From Lytechinus pictus (taxonomy: Eukaryota), in assembly GCF_037042905.1 (NCBI RefSeq), contig NC_087263.1, positions 10,914,001 to 10,978,000 of the forward strand: DNA of 64,000 nucleotides, given 5' to 3'. The notes under the pieces are model-generated. The model searched no databases. It saw nothing but the letters and a program-made list of their open reading frames with translations, and was not told the origin of the DNA. Positions 50,587 to 62,934 of the stretch are shown piece by piece. Both the position numbers and the translations under genes were made by a program. Positions within the stretch are counted from its first letter, which is position 1; every line of letters begins with the position of its first letter.

Positions 50587-53500
50587 CATACCCCGCAGGC
50601 AGCCTCTATACAACTCTCATCCAGGTCTTATTTTCTCTATCATGTAAAGTTTTGATTGATCTTGTCTCTGATTTGTTTGTATTAACTATGCTTTTTAAAA
50701 TGCCAAATAAAATAATAATAATGTCCGACTGCAATTGCGATTGTCCGCTAATTTCCTCGACGTGTTTTTGAATTCCCGCACCAAAATCTGGCAATCTTTG
50801 TCAATATGACTCTCAACAAACTAATATATGTTTTGATTCAGGCATGAAGAAAGATAAATAACAATATTAGAGATAAATCTGATCATCTGGACTTACTGTT
50901 TGAAACGGTGTATGAACAACGTATTCCAAATAAAAATACATGCCTTGACTTTCAAAGTGAGGGGGAGGGGACACTTGTGTAATAATGGCATATTTACATT
51001 AATGTTTTTATCATGGTTCTCAAAGTGGGGGGGGGGGGGCACGGGCCAAATGTGCCCCCTCCCTGGATCCGCCCTGACGATGATGGTGGTGGTAGTAGTG
51101 GCGATGATGACGGCGACGCGATGATGGTGGTGATGATGATGGTGGTGAAGGTGATGATGATGATATTAACTGTGATTGATAGTGATGATGTTGATGGCGT
51201 TATTAAAAAATACATGGAGACTGAGGGTATACAAATTGTAGAGCCTAATGGTTCCTTACGTATTTCAATGTTCCTCTATAATTTCTTTATATCTGCTTTC
51301 AATCCAATGTTTCCACTTTGAAGACATTTTAAAAAATCCCAGGAAATCGAAAACATAAAAAACGAAAGGAATGGAAAACATAAAAAAGTCACAGGTTTCC
51401 CTACAAATTAAGGTCATTCACAAGAAAAAAAAGGTGCTCACTTGTGAATAAACGATATTCCTATCACAAAATAGACTATGACTCTCAAAAGTGAGGAGGG
51501 GGGGGGGGGGGGGGGGCAGATGTACCCCCTTGGATCCAGCACTGTTTATCGGCTTTAAGAAATAAGGAAAATCAAGTTTTGAAGTTTGGAGCATACTGTG
51601 CAGTCTTTGGTCACAAAGAATAATTGCATCCTGTCTTTGATATTTAGCTTAACAACTTTATTTTTTTACAGCATGAAGAAGAGGAATTACTTATTTAGAT
51701 AAGAATAATTTCTCATTTAACTTTCTAAAGACCAAATTTATATTTTGGCTATTTACAGAGAACCTTTCCTAGCGTCTTATTGTTGGTTTCGAGGTTGTAG
51801 TTCACAAATAATGCAGGCTTTCGTGCATGTATAAAAAATAAAAAAAAAACTTGGAAAGGATAATTTTTGTACCCTTCGCCTCTGAAGGACCATATTGCAA
51901 AGCAAGCAAGGTGTTGAAATAAAGTTGAGGAGTGAATTAATTATTCAGAATAGAACTTAAAAGATTATATATATATATATATATATATAAAAGGGTGTGT
52001 GTGTGTGTGTGTGAGTGTGTGTGTGTCCTTGATATTGCTGACCCTTGAACTTCGGTAACCTTTCATAAAACACCCTAGGCTTTGTATGTAACGGAGTAAG
52101 TGGTATTTTAGATTTCAGACTGTTGTCTTTTAAATCTACATGCATGATGACAGACATTGCTTTCCCCATGCTGTTTAAAGTAGCATATTTACCCCGTTTT
52201 TTGTGTGTACCGAGAAAAAGAATATCTGTCCAGGTCACAATATACTATTAATATCTATCATTTACTATTACAAATTAGCCATCGCAATAAATCATACGTC
52301 TGTAGCCATAGCAACTTCCGCTCCGCTATGAATAATTTTAACCCCATTCCATTGCCGTGGAAAAGAAAATTGGTTAGGGGAGAAATACACGACATGCAGA
52401 AGAAGTGGTGTTGTCTCGGCCTCTTAATTCTGATTATTTTAGAAATGACCTTTGGAGATCTGTACTTCAGTTCAGGAGAAAGCTGGAAATAATTCGTCCA
52501 TTTCTGCCTAAATAGAATAAGAGTCTTCACTAATTAATTTACAGCCTTGGAGAATGGGTATGGTATCCGCAGTACTGCAGCCACCCCTCTTCCGGAGCTC
52601 TACGCGTGAACAAGATTAGTTATAAAATAATAACAAAAAAAGGCCATCTTATTAAAGGCGTTTTCCTCCCCCCTCCTTTACCCCACCCCCTCTCCATATA
52701 CATTTTACATTTAATGTTTGCCTTACTTTTACTTTATTTCTACATTTACCCCCAAATTCATTTTTTTCCTTCAATATTTCATCTTCTTACCTATACATAT
52801 TTCCTGCATTTCTTGGCATATTAGGGGCTAAGAGATGATAAACTAACACAAAGGGTATCTCACATCCATCTCCACCCCCCCCCCCCACACACGAACATAC
52901 AAAATTATTTTCTTACAAATTGCACGGTAGATAAATAATGATTTAAAAAAATCCCTCCCTCTCTTTCCCCCTCTCTCTATTTCTCTCATTCACTTTCTCT
53001 TGATATACACATTTCATGTATCCTTTTCAATCCTCACCTTCCTGCATTCTTATTTCTCTTGTTATTCCTTAAGTTTATCTCCCCTCTTTTTTATTTTGTC
53101 TGTCTATGCCCCACCCCCCCCCCCCCCCTCTCCCGCTATCTCTCTCTCACACTCTGTCTCCCTTTTGTCACCTTCTGTCCTACAAAGCACAGTCTATTGA
53201 TCCCCTCCCTTTCTTCCCTTATTTTCCGCGCTTCGGGTAAACAAATTTCCATGTTGATGAAAACACTCTTGGTCGGTAACGAGCCGATAACGAAATTAGC
53301 CCATGTAGTGAAGGGGGTAATTTGGCGGAAAGACATACTAAACGCTCCATTCCAGCGCATAGGTGGTGAGCTCTTCTCTACCAAGTCAGCCGCGAAATAT
53401 AATTTGAAGTTAGCGGGGCTCTTTTTTAGCAACCGGCGCTGAGGGTAGGAAGTGTGGTGGCTGCGAGAAAGCTAATCGCAAATCGAATATGTCGATACGA

Positions 53501-53654
53501 GGTTTTACGAGTGAACAACGACTCTTGCCCTCGGGCGGCCAACAAACTGGACACGAAATTACGAAAATGGGTCTATAGGTGGCGCTGTATCATTATGTCT
53601 CCCGCAATTTAGGTTAAAAGGTCTTCTCCCTTTGATCTTTTAATCTCCGTTCCT

Positions 53655-53788
53655 AATGGTATGTTTGCCATCCAATGGTAACTACCATGGTAACGATGGT
53701 CAACAGCCAATCAAGTTCAAGTATTCCTTGCAAGTTACCACCGCATGGCAAAGTTACAATAATGGTAAATTTTATGCAACGGGGCCCT
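53655..53788. mobile_element. Harbinger-like MITE (left end eroded) with X-box/CCAAT core
   Basis: tttgccatccaatggtaactaccatggtaac...agccaatc...gcaagttacca shared with 61670-61824. Confidence 0.6.
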
Positions 53789-53989
53789 TGTTCTGCAACG
53801 GGAAGTGGATAAGACGATGGATTGATTGGAAGAACTTGTTGCACATGCAATGTGTTTTACTTGGCACTGAAATCTTGTGCATGATGTGAATGGGGTCTTT
53901 GGTGTGCGTCAGGGTATGTGTACAAATGTTTGTGTGTGCATCGGAAAGAGGATGGATGTGTGCGTGAGTGAGTGGGAGAGAAAGAAGGA

Positions 53990-54735
53990 GAGTGCAGGAG
54001 AGAAAAGGGGATGTAGAAAGAGAAAGATGAAAAACAAAGAGGGGAAATACTATGGAAACGTGTATGGTTATGCAAGAGAAAGGCATACCATGCTGTCTGA
54101 AAGTGATATGTGCCCCGTCTTACAAAGAGTTACGATTGATCCCATCAAACGTAATTCTGGAAATCCATCACTGTCATAATTTTTTTCTATAGGAAATTGG
54201 CACAATGTCCTTTGTTAACAAAGAGAAGCACAGTGAATTTTCCAAAAAACAATGAATGCATGATTATACATCAAAGTTAGAAAATATTTTGAACAAAGAT
54301 GCATAATACATGTTGATGCTGCGGGCCGTCCATAGCCGCGACTGATCGGATCAATCGTAACTCTTTGTAAGACGAGGCCATGAACATACATAACACAAGG
54401 AAGAGTATGGGAGAGAGCGGGAGAAAGAGCGACGAAGGAAGAGAGTAGAGAGGGAGGGGGGGGGAGTGAAAAGTGGATAAGTCTAAGGGGCTCTGTACGC
54501 ATTTGGCTATGGAAGATAAAGGCATATCATGCTATATAAGGAAGATATGAACATACATAACAGAAAGACTATGGGAGAGAGAGAGAGGGAAAAAGAGAGA
54601 CGAAGGAAGAGAGTAGAGGGGAGGGGGTTCGGGGGGGGGGGGGGAGAGAAAGTGGAAGAGTCTAAAGGGTTCTGTAGGCCTATGGCCATGGAAGATAGAG
54701 GCACATCAAGCTATCTAAGGGAGATATGAACCTAT
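53990..54735. repeat. GA-rich tandem repeat, ~180 bp unit, about 3 degenerate copies, interrupted by a MITE
   Basis: gaaggaagagagtagag...aagtgga..agtctaa...atggaagata.aggca..tca.gcta..taagg.agatatgaac recurs. Confidence 0.65.
54111..54379. mobile_element. Harbinger-like MITE with 3-bp ATG TSD
   Basis: gatatg|tgccccgtcttacaaagagttacgattgatcc ... ggatcaatcgtaactctttgtaagacgaggcc|atgaac; neighbouring repeat units show the empty site gatatgaac. Confidence 0.85.
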
Positions 54736-56145
54736 AGATTGGCATCATACTTTGAGGGGGGTGGAGAGGGATGAGGGTCGAAGCCTATATTAGGCTCTGT
54801 ATGTTTATACAAAATAAAATAATTTAGTGCTGTCATAAGTTAGATGTGTGTTTGTGTGTAAGTTTGTGCGTTGCGTTTTGTTTGCGTTTGAATAAACCTG
54901 GGCGTGTATGTTCTGGGGACATCTCCATACATTTTACCCATCCAGCGGAACTTCCTGCAAATGTGAATATCCCCGATCCTGATAACGGTACCAATGGACT
55001 CCTCATCTCATTCCGAACGGTTTTGTATCATTAATGCCCTATTTCCAAAACGTTCCCGCTAGGCAAAATCACATCAAGCTGTGTGTGTACGGGGTTGGAA
55101 GCTTCCTCGGAAATCGAACTTATGATATGTCCGAAAATAATCCTGTTTAGTGGATTAAATCCAATCCTTTGATGTACCAGACCACAAACACACGTCCCCA
55201 CTTTGGCGGTTAATGATAGTGCGTCCCCGATTGTCAATTACAAGATGGTGTGTGTATGCGCGCGTGAGGTTGTGCGTGTGTGTGAGATAGACAGGGAAGA
55301 ATATGGTAATTTGCAATAGCAAATGTGTTACCATAATCTTCTCTTAACTTTATTGTTTTATACGAATGGAAAGGAATGTAATATTTGTAATAAAATGCTG
55401 AGTGAGAATTGAAATCGCACTTAGAATGTTGTGCAGTATCATATAACAGTTTGTTTCACTTCACTTTACTCGTATTTGCAACATAAAATGCATATATTAT
55501 TCAAACAAAACAATGTACAGTGATAATATAGAGATACAATCAATCAAATGTGTATTATAAATAAATGTTCAAAATAGATATGAACCGAACTAATACAAAA
55601 TGCACACAATACAACATTCTTTAAGACGAGGATGCTAAAATTTGAGCTTTTACATTGCATTTGTCCCTTACATGTAACAAACATAAAGAAATCGTTATTA
55701 CATCGTAGACCTAATTTATACAATATATAAGAACATATCATATTCCTCATAAAAATAATATACATATTAACATTAAAATTGAAGTACAAATAATTTCAAA
55801 GATAATCATAATTTATAGTGAATGTATTGACATGACATCTAAATAGATCAAGAGAGATAGAAAGAGAGGAGGGAGTAGACAAGAAATTACCACATTCTCA
55901 AGTAGCAAATGAAATTTATTTGGCCCTCGAGTAAGATGGTCGCAATTTTTTTCACAAAATACTTCGTCAAGTTGTAAAAATTCGAAAGTTACAAATTATG
56001 CATTTTTTTAAACAATCGCGTGTATACGTAGTTTATGATATTTGTACAAAGTTACAAATAGTATATAACTTTCTACGAATATCTTAGAACAATCACACGT
56101 TCACGATCGGACCTCTACTACAAGCCCTAGTTCAGAGTAGACAGG

Positions 56146-56538
56146 CCAGTTCCCGTGGAACGACTTTTTTTTACAGACGGGTGCTAACTTAAATTTGACA
56201 AGCAGAAAAAAAAGGTTTCACTACAAAATGAACATCATTTTTGGTCACGAGAAATGTTACAAGCAAAAAAAAAAGGGAAAGAAACAAGTTTACTACAGAA
56301 ATGAAGGTTATTTTTATTATACTTTTCCATTTTTGCAAACCTCTACATAATTTCAGAGGTTGCTTGCCTATGGAGAATAACACACGCGGCACTAAAATAT
56401 TGGGAGTGCTTTTCACTCAAATGTGCATTGACGCCACATTTTTGCTAACTTCTGGTACTATTCGCCCAGTTGTCTGTACTTAATATATTGCATTGAAAAG
56501 TACAAGATATCCCCGCACCCCCGATTCTCAGGGCCATG
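56146..56538. mobile_element. hAT-like MITE (45167 family), probably in the 3' UTR region of the TSP1 gene
   Basis: Shares tccattttt...gcctat..agaataa.acacgc.gcac with 45340-45410 and ends in cagggccatg. Confidence 0.6.
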
Positions 56539-56636
56539 AATACAGGCCATCGGCTTTGAGAAAGGGCACAGAGCCAACATTGATCATTGAAGACTGCTAG
56601 CTTTCACTGCTGGTATTCGTCATCATGCAGAATCAT

Positions 56637-56703
56637 TCACACTGCTGCATCATCCTTCTTCTTCTTTTGTCTTTTCCGCTTTTTCTGGAACTTGGTGAAA
56701 ACT
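56637..56703 (-). CDS. EGF/TSP1 membrane protein, last coding exon (basic cytoplasmic tail)
   Basis: gatgtcag| phase-2 acceptor; (I)VFTKFQKKRKRQKKKKDDAAV*. Confidence 0.75.
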
Positions 56704-56898
56704 CTGACATCAAATAATTAAAAAAAAAAAATACAAGTAAAACACTATGTGAATCATAAAACCAAATTATTAAAGTTTTGAGAATCGTGAAAGCTAAACC
56801 CGGCAAATAACGCAATAACATTAAAGTTAATATACATGGTAAGTTTGAATAACTTTCTGGCTTTTTTTTCCATTATTATCTTATCAAATTTGGAATTC

Positions 56899-57035
56899 AG
56901 GGAAGCGTTTAATGAAAGGACCTGTCGTCGTTTACCCGACAGTTACCATGGTTACCCGGCTCCACAGCCAATCATATTAAAGGAAAGTTATCAGATTTGA
57001 CGAGTTGTTGGACAACTGTTGATGAAATGCTCCAC
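56899..57035. mobile_element. Harbinger-like MITE (4615 family), intronic
   Basis: gggaagcgtttaatgaaaggacctgtcg...gttaccatggttac...agccaatc...gttgatgaaatgctcc. Confidence 0.7.
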
Positions 57036-57378
57036 AGAAAACCTTGTCGCTGTGAGAAAAAAAAAAACCTTTAGATCTTTATATACAGCGGTGCTAAAAG
57101 GTTAGTGAACCCAACCAGTAAATGCACTCCTTCATGCCGAGTGTTGGACCCTAGAATAGACACCAATGCTACAATGTCCAGGCGAGCCCAGAGAAACAAA
57201 CTACATGTATATAAAATGTAATATTCTATCACCCGACTTCAAATCAAATATCGAAAAGATTACAGAATTTGAACACTTTTTGGATATGATCATTTTCTGG
57301 TAGGTTCAGTTACTTCTAGCACCAAATGTAAAACTACAAACACATCGAACGTAGTAGTTTTCGTCAAAGGCAACTTAC

Positions 57379-57532
57379 ATCTTTCCCATGTAGCCAATTG
57401 CCCCAAGGGCTGCTATCGATCCCACCCCGAGAGCACTGCTTTCACCAGCGGCTGCACCTCTTTCCCTCGCCATGTTCTGTGGCGCCTGCATCGGTGGTCC
57501 CCACTGCGCACCTCCCTGTGCCCATGGAGGTA
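57379..57532 (-). CDS. EGF/TSP1 membrane protein exon: Pro/Gln/Gly stalk and start of candidate TM segment
   Basis: ctatatag|...|gtaagt; (V)PPWAQGGAQWGPPMQAPQNMARERGAAAGESSALGVGSIAALGAIGYMGK; phase 1 to phase 2. Confidence 0.8.
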
Positions 57533-58153
57533 CTATATAGAGCATCGAGAGACACAAGACACATGGCAAATAGATAGTCCATTCAAGTTCCAAATGAAAG
57601 CGGCACATCTCCGTATGCCAATAGACTGCGAGTACCCTCAACCCTATGCAAATATTACTCACATCGTTTATTACTTAATTACCTCATAATGCTCAAATTC
57701 CTTAAATGGTTCATTTGTATACTATACTAACAATTAAATGACAAAACAAATGCAGATCAAAAGGGTTTTTTATTCAACAGCTACTGGTGTTTAGAAATGC
57801 TCGACACCCATCGAAGTCTGTTCCAGCAGCTGGTTTATTTCAGGTTCGGTGTCGTGACAAGAAAAAAAAAATGGGTCGGGCACTTAACACCAGCACCATT
57901 TCAAGTTCGGTGCTGTATTCGGTGTAAGATAGATAAAACACCAACACCAGCTTGGCTTTAAGTTCGATAATGTGACCGGTGTAATATTCGGGCGAAGACT
58001 AATAAATCCCTATTTCAAGATAAAGTCGGTCAAACACTACACCAACCCTGCGCGTTACAGAACCTGTCAACAACAAACTTGAAACTACTGGCTATGCAAT
58101 AAAAAGAACAGTAAAAAAATGAAATAAATAGTATTAAAAAAAAGTGAATTCAC

Positions 58154-58282
58154 CTGCGTCCTTTTGCTCTTCTTTAGGCTTCTCCTTTTCTTCTTGTTTT
58201 TCTTCCTCTTGTAATTCGCCACATCCATCTGCTTCACAAGGTACCGATTGAGAAGACTTGCCAGGACATGCCTCACGGAACT
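58154..58282 (-). CDS. EGF/TSP1 membrane protein exon: second half of TSP1 #4 and acidic/lysine linker
   Basis: ctttatcag|...|gtgaat; (E)FREACPGKSSQSVPCEADGCGELQEEEKQEEKEKPKEEQKDA; 129 nt, phase 1-1. Confidence 0.85.
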
Positions 58283-58544
58283 CTGATAAAGAATGTAAAA
58301 CATGTAAAAGATGAAAATTATTAACTGGGGATCAATGCGAGTGCCGACTGTAACTAAAGGCATATTAAAAGAAAGACGAACCGACTTAGTCATCCTTAAG
58401 TCACGCCTAAAAACCCGTCTCCAAACCGACTGTCTGTCATTGGCAATAGTTAATAGATTTTTGTTGGCCTGGGATCATTTTGCAGGTGTCACCTTATGGC
58501 GCAGTTTTCGCAGCGGTCGAAATGTGTGCATGGACCGCATCACT

Positions 58545-58830
58545 GATGCAGCCACTACGCAGACTCTATATGGAACGTTGGGAATCTATTGAAGAAGCCC
58601 TTCATCACAAAGCAGCCTTTGTCGAAAATCAGTGAATGAAAACAGCAATGTCGTCCTGGACAAATGACAGATTTTCAATTTTCGTCAGCTCATGATTTCA
58701 CGACGATCTGCTGTCTCAGTTCACCAATTTTCGACAATGAACTCTAAGCCTTTCACTGTGATTTGACAAGCACTTAAAAGTTTCAATAGATTTTAAACGT
58801 TCCTGAAAGCGTCTGCTTTGTGGTTGAGAA
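58545..58830 (+). mobile_element. Fold-back family copy, intronic
   Basis: gaagcccttc...aagcagcctttgtcgaaaatc.gtgaat.aaaacagca.tgtcgtcctgga shared with 24190-24256. Confidence 0.65.
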
Positions 58831-59044
58831 AACTCGGTTATTGGATCTCTATACTACTCAAGAGTAAAGACTGAAGAACATGAGATCCTTGTAAATAAAA
58901 GAGGTCAGGTAGTTTATCAAGACATTCGTGGTTCATACTCATATCCAGTGCTTAAACCTATTAGTGTTTTTATTTTCTACCTCCCTCTCTCTCTTTTACT
59001 TTACGTCCCTTTTATGGAAAATGAGAAATGTATACTTGAGCTAC

Positions 59045-59146
59045 CTTCATCAGTGATGCTGTAAGGGCATTCACGATATCTGTAGCAGAAATCGACGTCT
59101 TCTTCGCATTTCGTCCAGTAAGTCCACGATCCCCATGGAAGAAACC
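59045..59146 (-). CDS. EGF/TSP1 membrane protein exon: first half of divergent TSP1 #4
   Basis: tttttctatcag|...|gtagct; (G)FLPWGSWTYWTKCEEDVDFCYRYRECPYSITDE; WxxWxxW and RxR motifs; 102 nt, phase 1-1. Confidence 0.85.
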
Positions 59147-59582
59147 CTGATAGAAAAAGGAAAAAAGTGGCAATATGCATAATTACCATAAAAACAAGAA
59201 AGGTATATATCAGAGGGTATTTTTCAAAGAAAGACATTGATTGGTCGTATAAATATCCCTAAACATCCACGATAAGTTATTGTAAAATAAACCATCAATT
59301 CAGTGATGCAATGTTCATCCTCGAAAGCGTCATAATAATAAAAAATGTATTTAGCATGAGAGCTGCAGACAATAATATCATCCAATAAAGTCTAATTTCG
59401 AAATGAAATATGCTATAAATAGCTCATTTGCAATTACAGTTTAAAGCTTACTGAGATCATTCCATTTGAAAACTTCTTATTAAACTGTACATGTGTTATC
59501 ATAACAAGTCTTTAGGAAACATGACATAGTGGTTCATTAAAAGCATTCGCATAAACCATGTAAACCATGATCTTCCTTTGAC

Positions 59583-59738
59583 CTGCTTCTTTGTCACAGT
59601 GTTTCAAGTTGCAATCCTCGATTTCCTCTGAACTTCCTACACAAGCACCGATGCTGCTGAGACAAACCCGATTCCTCGACCGGAAACCGACATCGCATGT
59701 CGTTGAACAGTCGGCCCAGGAATTCCATGCGCCCCAAT
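59583..59738 (-). CDS. EGF/TSP1 membrane protein exon: TSP1 #3
   Basis: gatctcag|...|gtcaaa; (D)WGAWNSWADCSTTCDVGFRSRNRVCLSSIGACVGSSEEIEDCNLKHCDKEA; 156 nt, phase 1-1. Confidence 0.9.
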
Positions 59739-60321
59739 CTGAGATCACCAAACAAAACAAATTTACAAAAATAAAATAATAATGTTTCAAAATGATGTCC
59801 GCTACCAAATGGCATTGGTTTTTAAAACAAAGAATGACATGAAATCATAGAAAGCTGATGATAAAGCTCTTTGATTGGTACAAATTCAAGAATTCAAGAT
59901 GCTGGAGGGGGGGGGGGGGGGGGGGGCTACACAAGTGCCACTTTGTTTGTACTGTAAAGTATTTGCATGATATCAATTGTTTAAAGTTTTGGAATATATT
60001 TGACTGTAACTAAAACTTCTTCATTTATGGTCAGTTCAACTGTTCGAACTTAAAACGGAATGAATAGCAATTTCCCTGATTTACAGATAAAATGTGTCTA
60101 ACAGTTTAAATATATTTAAGCGAACGTTTATGGTAACATCTATGGTCTTATTTCAATTCGATTATCAATTTCAATTTAGTCAACTATCAGATACCAAGAA
60201 ATATTACATAATTCATGAATCATAACAAACAAAAAATGGACGAGCTGCATTTGAAAGCCGTAGCTTGGCGGCAGGGGCTATGAACACATTCCGCCCCTTC
60301 TCAAGAAGAAGAAATACATAC

Positions 60322-60360
60322 CTCCTGCAGCATTGTCCGTCTGGCTGACAATGGTCCGTG
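60322..60360 (-). CDS. Candidate 39-nt linker microexon
   Basis: aacagtttag|CACGGACC...GCAGGAG|gtatgt; frame-preserving phase 1-1; (A)RTIVSQTDNAAG. Confidence 0.55.
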
Positions 60361-61159
60361 CTAAACTGTTTATATTTACCCTTAGCCATCGTTTATCTGT
60401 AATTATAATTATAGTAAAATTCAGCTGCATTACATCAATTATTTCTTATTTCTGTATGATTGTCATATTTTTCAATGATTTTAGTTTTACATTTAGACGA
60501 TATACAGAACAACGAAAAAATGAAATTAAAGGGGAAGATGTACCTGAATGCTGTTTTTTACTGCAGGAATCCGCACGCGGCTCCTTTTCAAGCCCCTTTC
60601 ACAGTTAGTTTGCGAACATGCGCAACCGTTTGGTCCCAAGCCAGGCTGCCACTAGTCTGCTATGCAGACTCTGAATGGCTCGTGAGGTGGGATCTCAGCG
60701 CGCAAAGCGCTGCTGCTGCTGGTTTGCAAAGCAAACCAGCCTGAAAGGGCGAGCGAATCGCGCCACATCTGCAGCCACAGTAGACCTAGTCTGCTATGCA
60801 GACTCCTTGAATCAGCTGTGGTACACACACTGCAGATGTGGGTCTACATTTGTAGACTAGCATGAATCGCTATATCTATCTCACAAGATAGCACAAAGGC
60901 ATTCGCAAATGCTTGTTAGGAGGCTCTTTATCAACAATAGTCGTCTTTAGTGATATGGCCTATTCAAAATTCTCATGGCATTAGAAAAATTAGTTTGCTT
61001 ATATCTTTGAGAAAAAAATGTTCTGTAAATAAGCAATTGACACACAAAACATCTTCAATTATAGCATGCGAGCGGGACACTGAGAAGGAAAAGTTGCATG
61101 GTATAGTTCCAATTAATTAAGAGCGTGAAAATTTTTTATCAAAGCGAACAATGTGATAC

Positions 61160-61336
61160 CTGATTTTGAGCAGCTCATGATGTTACAGTCTGCGTAAACG
61201 ATGGCCCTTCCCTCGCACGACTTGCCGAAAGCTTCCGGGTCATCAGAATCGTATTCACAGTTTCGCGCCTGGATGTAGTGTCCTCCGCCACAGTTATAGG
61301 AGCAGTCGGTAACCTTTATCCATTCGCCCCATACAC
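61160..61336 (-). CDS. EGF/TSP1 membrane protein exon: TSP1 #2
   Basis: ctcgctatag|...|gtatca; (G)VWGEWIKVTDCSYNCGGGHYIQARNCEYDSDDPEAFGKSCEGRAIVYADCNIMSCSKS; 177 nt, phase 1-1; absent from the ORF track. Confidence 0.9.
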
Positions 61337-61400
61337 CTATAGCGAGGAGAAATGGGACAAAGTTTCATATCGTTTCATATATAGTTTAAATAACCCATAT

Positions 61401-61480
61401 GCCCGTATTCTGAACTCGGGTTGAACTAAGACCGTGGTCTCACTCTGGACTAAAATTATGGGAAGACTTCAGATTACGGG
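61401..61480. mobile_element. 80 bp Harbinger-like mini-MITE
   Basis: gcccgtattctgaa ... ttcagattacgggc inverted ends. Confidence 0.55.
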
Positions 61481-61669
61481 CAACAGAGTCACAATAAAAG
61501 TATTACAAGAACTATTTATTTTTATAGCGTTTCCTAAGGTAGGAGCAGATGTAAAAATAATTAATTAGAAATAATTTATTTTTTTTAGGCATTCTGGAGG
61601 CTAATCATCACTGACTTATCTCTCTTTTTATTTTCTGGTGTTTTTTTTTTTATTTTCTCTTAAAACCAG

Positions 61670-61824
61670 AGCCCTGTTTCACAAAAGTTACTATCATGGT
61701 AACTTTGCCATCCAATAGTAACTACCATGGCAACGAAACTAAACAGACAATCAAAAGTATTCCATGCAAGTTACCATTGTTTGGCGAATTACCATATAAA
61801 TAGTTAATGTTATGGCGGAGCCTG
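61670..61824. mobile_element. Harbinger-like MITE (53655 family), intronic
   Basis: gagccctgtttcacaaaagttac...tttgccatccaatagtaactaccatggcaac...gcaagttacca. Confidence 0.6.
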
Positions 61825-61959
61825 GAAGTAAATACTAACCGATTAAATCGATTCCAAGAAACCAATATTATTGATTATCACCTCAATTGATTTGAGATGC
61901 TAGTGACCCCCTTGCCCCCCCCCCCCCCCCCATGCGATAAGCTGGCAATCTGTTCTTAC

Positions 61960-62130
61960 CGTCGACTTTGCAAACGGGTCCGTTGCAGACGGCATGCTCT
62001 TCATCGGTTCCGGGCCCGCAGAAGACCGCGTCTTTATGGTCACAGTCCCGCTTCCGTATTCGGGTACCATCATAGCCGCAAGATACGGAGCACTTGCTCC
62101 AAGGTTGCCACATCGTCCACGAAGGCATCG
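61960..62130 (-). CDS. EGF/TSP1 membrane protein exon: TSP1 #1
   Basis: gacctcag|...|gtaaga; (P)MPSWTMWQPWSKCSVSCGYDGTRIRKRDCDHKDAVFCGPGTDEEHAVCNGPVCKVD; 171 nt, phase 1-1. Confidence 0.9.
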
Positions 62131-62693
62131 CTGAGGTCGGTGATGATGTGGCACAGTGACCAATCGACGGTGGTCATTGACCATGCACAGAGCGTGAAAA
62201 GAACATATTCATATTCTGACTTTGCTTCAACTCCATATTCAGCAGTTCAGAGCATTCAAAATATTGCCAGACACGTTCCTTTTTGGCTGACACAAAAAGC
62301 GCATCGTCCTAGACGTTACTTTTTATACTGTATCTTAAAACATGTTAAAATGTTACTATCAATGTCAAGCAATGGCAATTTTATATGGGAAAGACGTATT
62401 CTTTTTTATCCCTCTTATTTTTGCTACCTGCGACTTTTAAAAATTGTGATTATCTTTTGACTTATGTACACTGTTGCATCCCCCTTCTTCTCTTGCGCAC
62501 AGGCCGTTTAAGGAAATTTCCTCCGAGATACTCAATACTTTATCAAACTCGAATGTAGCACAGTGTGGATAGATATCTTTATAAAGAGGTAGATTGTGAT
62601 CATACATGATGACAACCCCATTCAATTTAGGGTATACTTCATCCAAAAATCTTTTTAACGGAGTGTTCCTAGACATGCTAGATAAGGTTAAGG

Positions 62694-62833
62694 CATAGGC
62701 GGCGGAAGCGGGGGGGGGGGCGGGAGGACGTGTCCCCCCTAAATTTGAAATGGGGGACGATCCCCCCTAAATTTTTTGATGACTTTTTTTTTTTTGTCAA
62801 AATATTTTGGTTATCCCTCCCTAAAATTGATAA

Positions 62834-62869
<36 letters not shown>

Positions 62870-62934
62870 GGGGGGGGCTTGTAAAATTTTATTAATAATC
62901 CCCCCCCTAAATTTTTTGGCTTCTGCCGCCAATG
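62694..62934. mobile_element. hAT-type MITE with a perfect 8-bp TSD
   Basis: ggttaagg|cataggcggcggaagc ... gcttctgccgccaatg|ggttaagg. Confidence 0.9.

Noticed and set aside
53570..53590. CTCF-like site ctataggtggcgct
   Set aside because: A single imperfect match within probable repeat-derived sequence, with no independent support.
54890..55240. Possible coding remnant on the minus strand
   Set aside because: Short frames with stops and no motif I recognise.
56633..56821. ORF-track translation ending RRRRMMQQCE
   Set aside because: The preceding exon ends in phase 2, which selects the IVFTKFQKKRKR...AAV* frame.
58085..58393. ORF-track translation with KRKKNKKKRR
   Set aside because: Wrong frame. 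Splice phase gives the EFREACPGK...EEQKDA reading that completes the TSP1 repeat.
62174..62676. Extra exon or nested gene (79 aa ORF and a downstream coding-looking fragment)
   Set aside because: Interrupted by stops, no compatible splice sites or recognisable motif, and the flanking exons already join in frame. It could be a decayed mobile-element ORF, but I cannot support that.
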